From the NCBI GenBank assembly GCA_046726415.1, contig JBKPAK010000021.1:1-35009 (forward strand): a DNA stretch of 35,009 nt, written 5' to 3'. This document shows, piece by piece, positions 34,752 through 35,009 of this stretch. The notes beneath the pieces were generated by a model. The model saw nothing but the letters and a program-made list of their open reading frames with translations, did no database searches and was not told the DNA's origin. The position numbers were made by a program, and so were the translations under genes. Position 1 is the first letter of the stretch. Every line of letters begins with the position of its first letter. The DNA is from Candidatus Methylomirabilota bacterium (lineage in GTDB: Bacteria; Methylomirabilota; Methylomirabilia; Rokubacteriales; CSP1-6).

Positions 34752-35009
34752 TTAGTCTTCGTCGACTCCCGCTTCGACGGTGGCGACGCGCATCCGACGC
34801 CCGAGCCGCTCGATGCGATCCTGGCAGCGCACGCACGTCTGTACTTCCGGGAGCGCGCGCAGCCGGGCCGGCGCGATGGCCTCCCCACACTCCACGCAGG
34901 TTCCATACTCACCAGTGCTGAGCCGATCCAGGGCGGCCGTGATGCGATTCACCCTATCGACCAGCAGCTCACGCGTACCGAACATGATCTCGCGCTCTTC
35001 GCTGGCGAC
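34752..35009 (-). CDS. TraR/DksA C4 zinc-finger protein; 5' end lies outside the window
   Basis: AALDRL..GEYGTCVECGEAI...RLRALP....CVRCQ. Confidence 0.88.
   Translation of the reverse strand, partial: VASEEREIMFGTRELLVDRVNRITAALDRLSTGEYGTCVECGEAIAPARLRALPEVQTCVRCQDRIERLGRRMRVATVEAGVDED

Overview
GC-rich chromosomal region from a diderm bacterium (it encodes an OprB porin and an AsmA protein). The gene and repeat style resembles Rokubacteria/Methylomirabilota, but that is an unverified impression. I see no rRNA, tRNA, CRISPR array or transposase. Contents in order: (1) a tusA - iscS-like - HAD - CopD-like operon whose IscS lacks the PLP-binding lysine, divergent from a membrane GGDEF gene; (2) a glycine/sarcosine/betaine-reductase-like operon (grdB-grdE-grdC-grdA) in which two genes are split in the ORF track by in-frame UGA codons that read as selenocysteine, each followed by a SECIS-like hairpin; its GrdE-like subunit lacks the pyruvoyl cleavage Cys and there is no grdD or thioredoxin gene in the window; (3) a sugar cluster (OprB, glgX remnant, pgm, glk, fbp, GH63 glucosidase); (4) housekeeping genes, including a DapF with both catalytic Cys replaced by Ser, citrate synthase, a methyltransferase, AsmA, Tim44-like, Qor, an M16 peptidase pair, an HtrA-like protease, UDG, PlsC and a partial DksA/TraR. 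There are also four gene remnants (pLGIC, glgX, GAF-type protein, LOG), short tandem arrays of 83, 35 and 33 bp, and dispersed GC-rich REP-like hairpins. All family assignments come from motif recognition; no database search was run.
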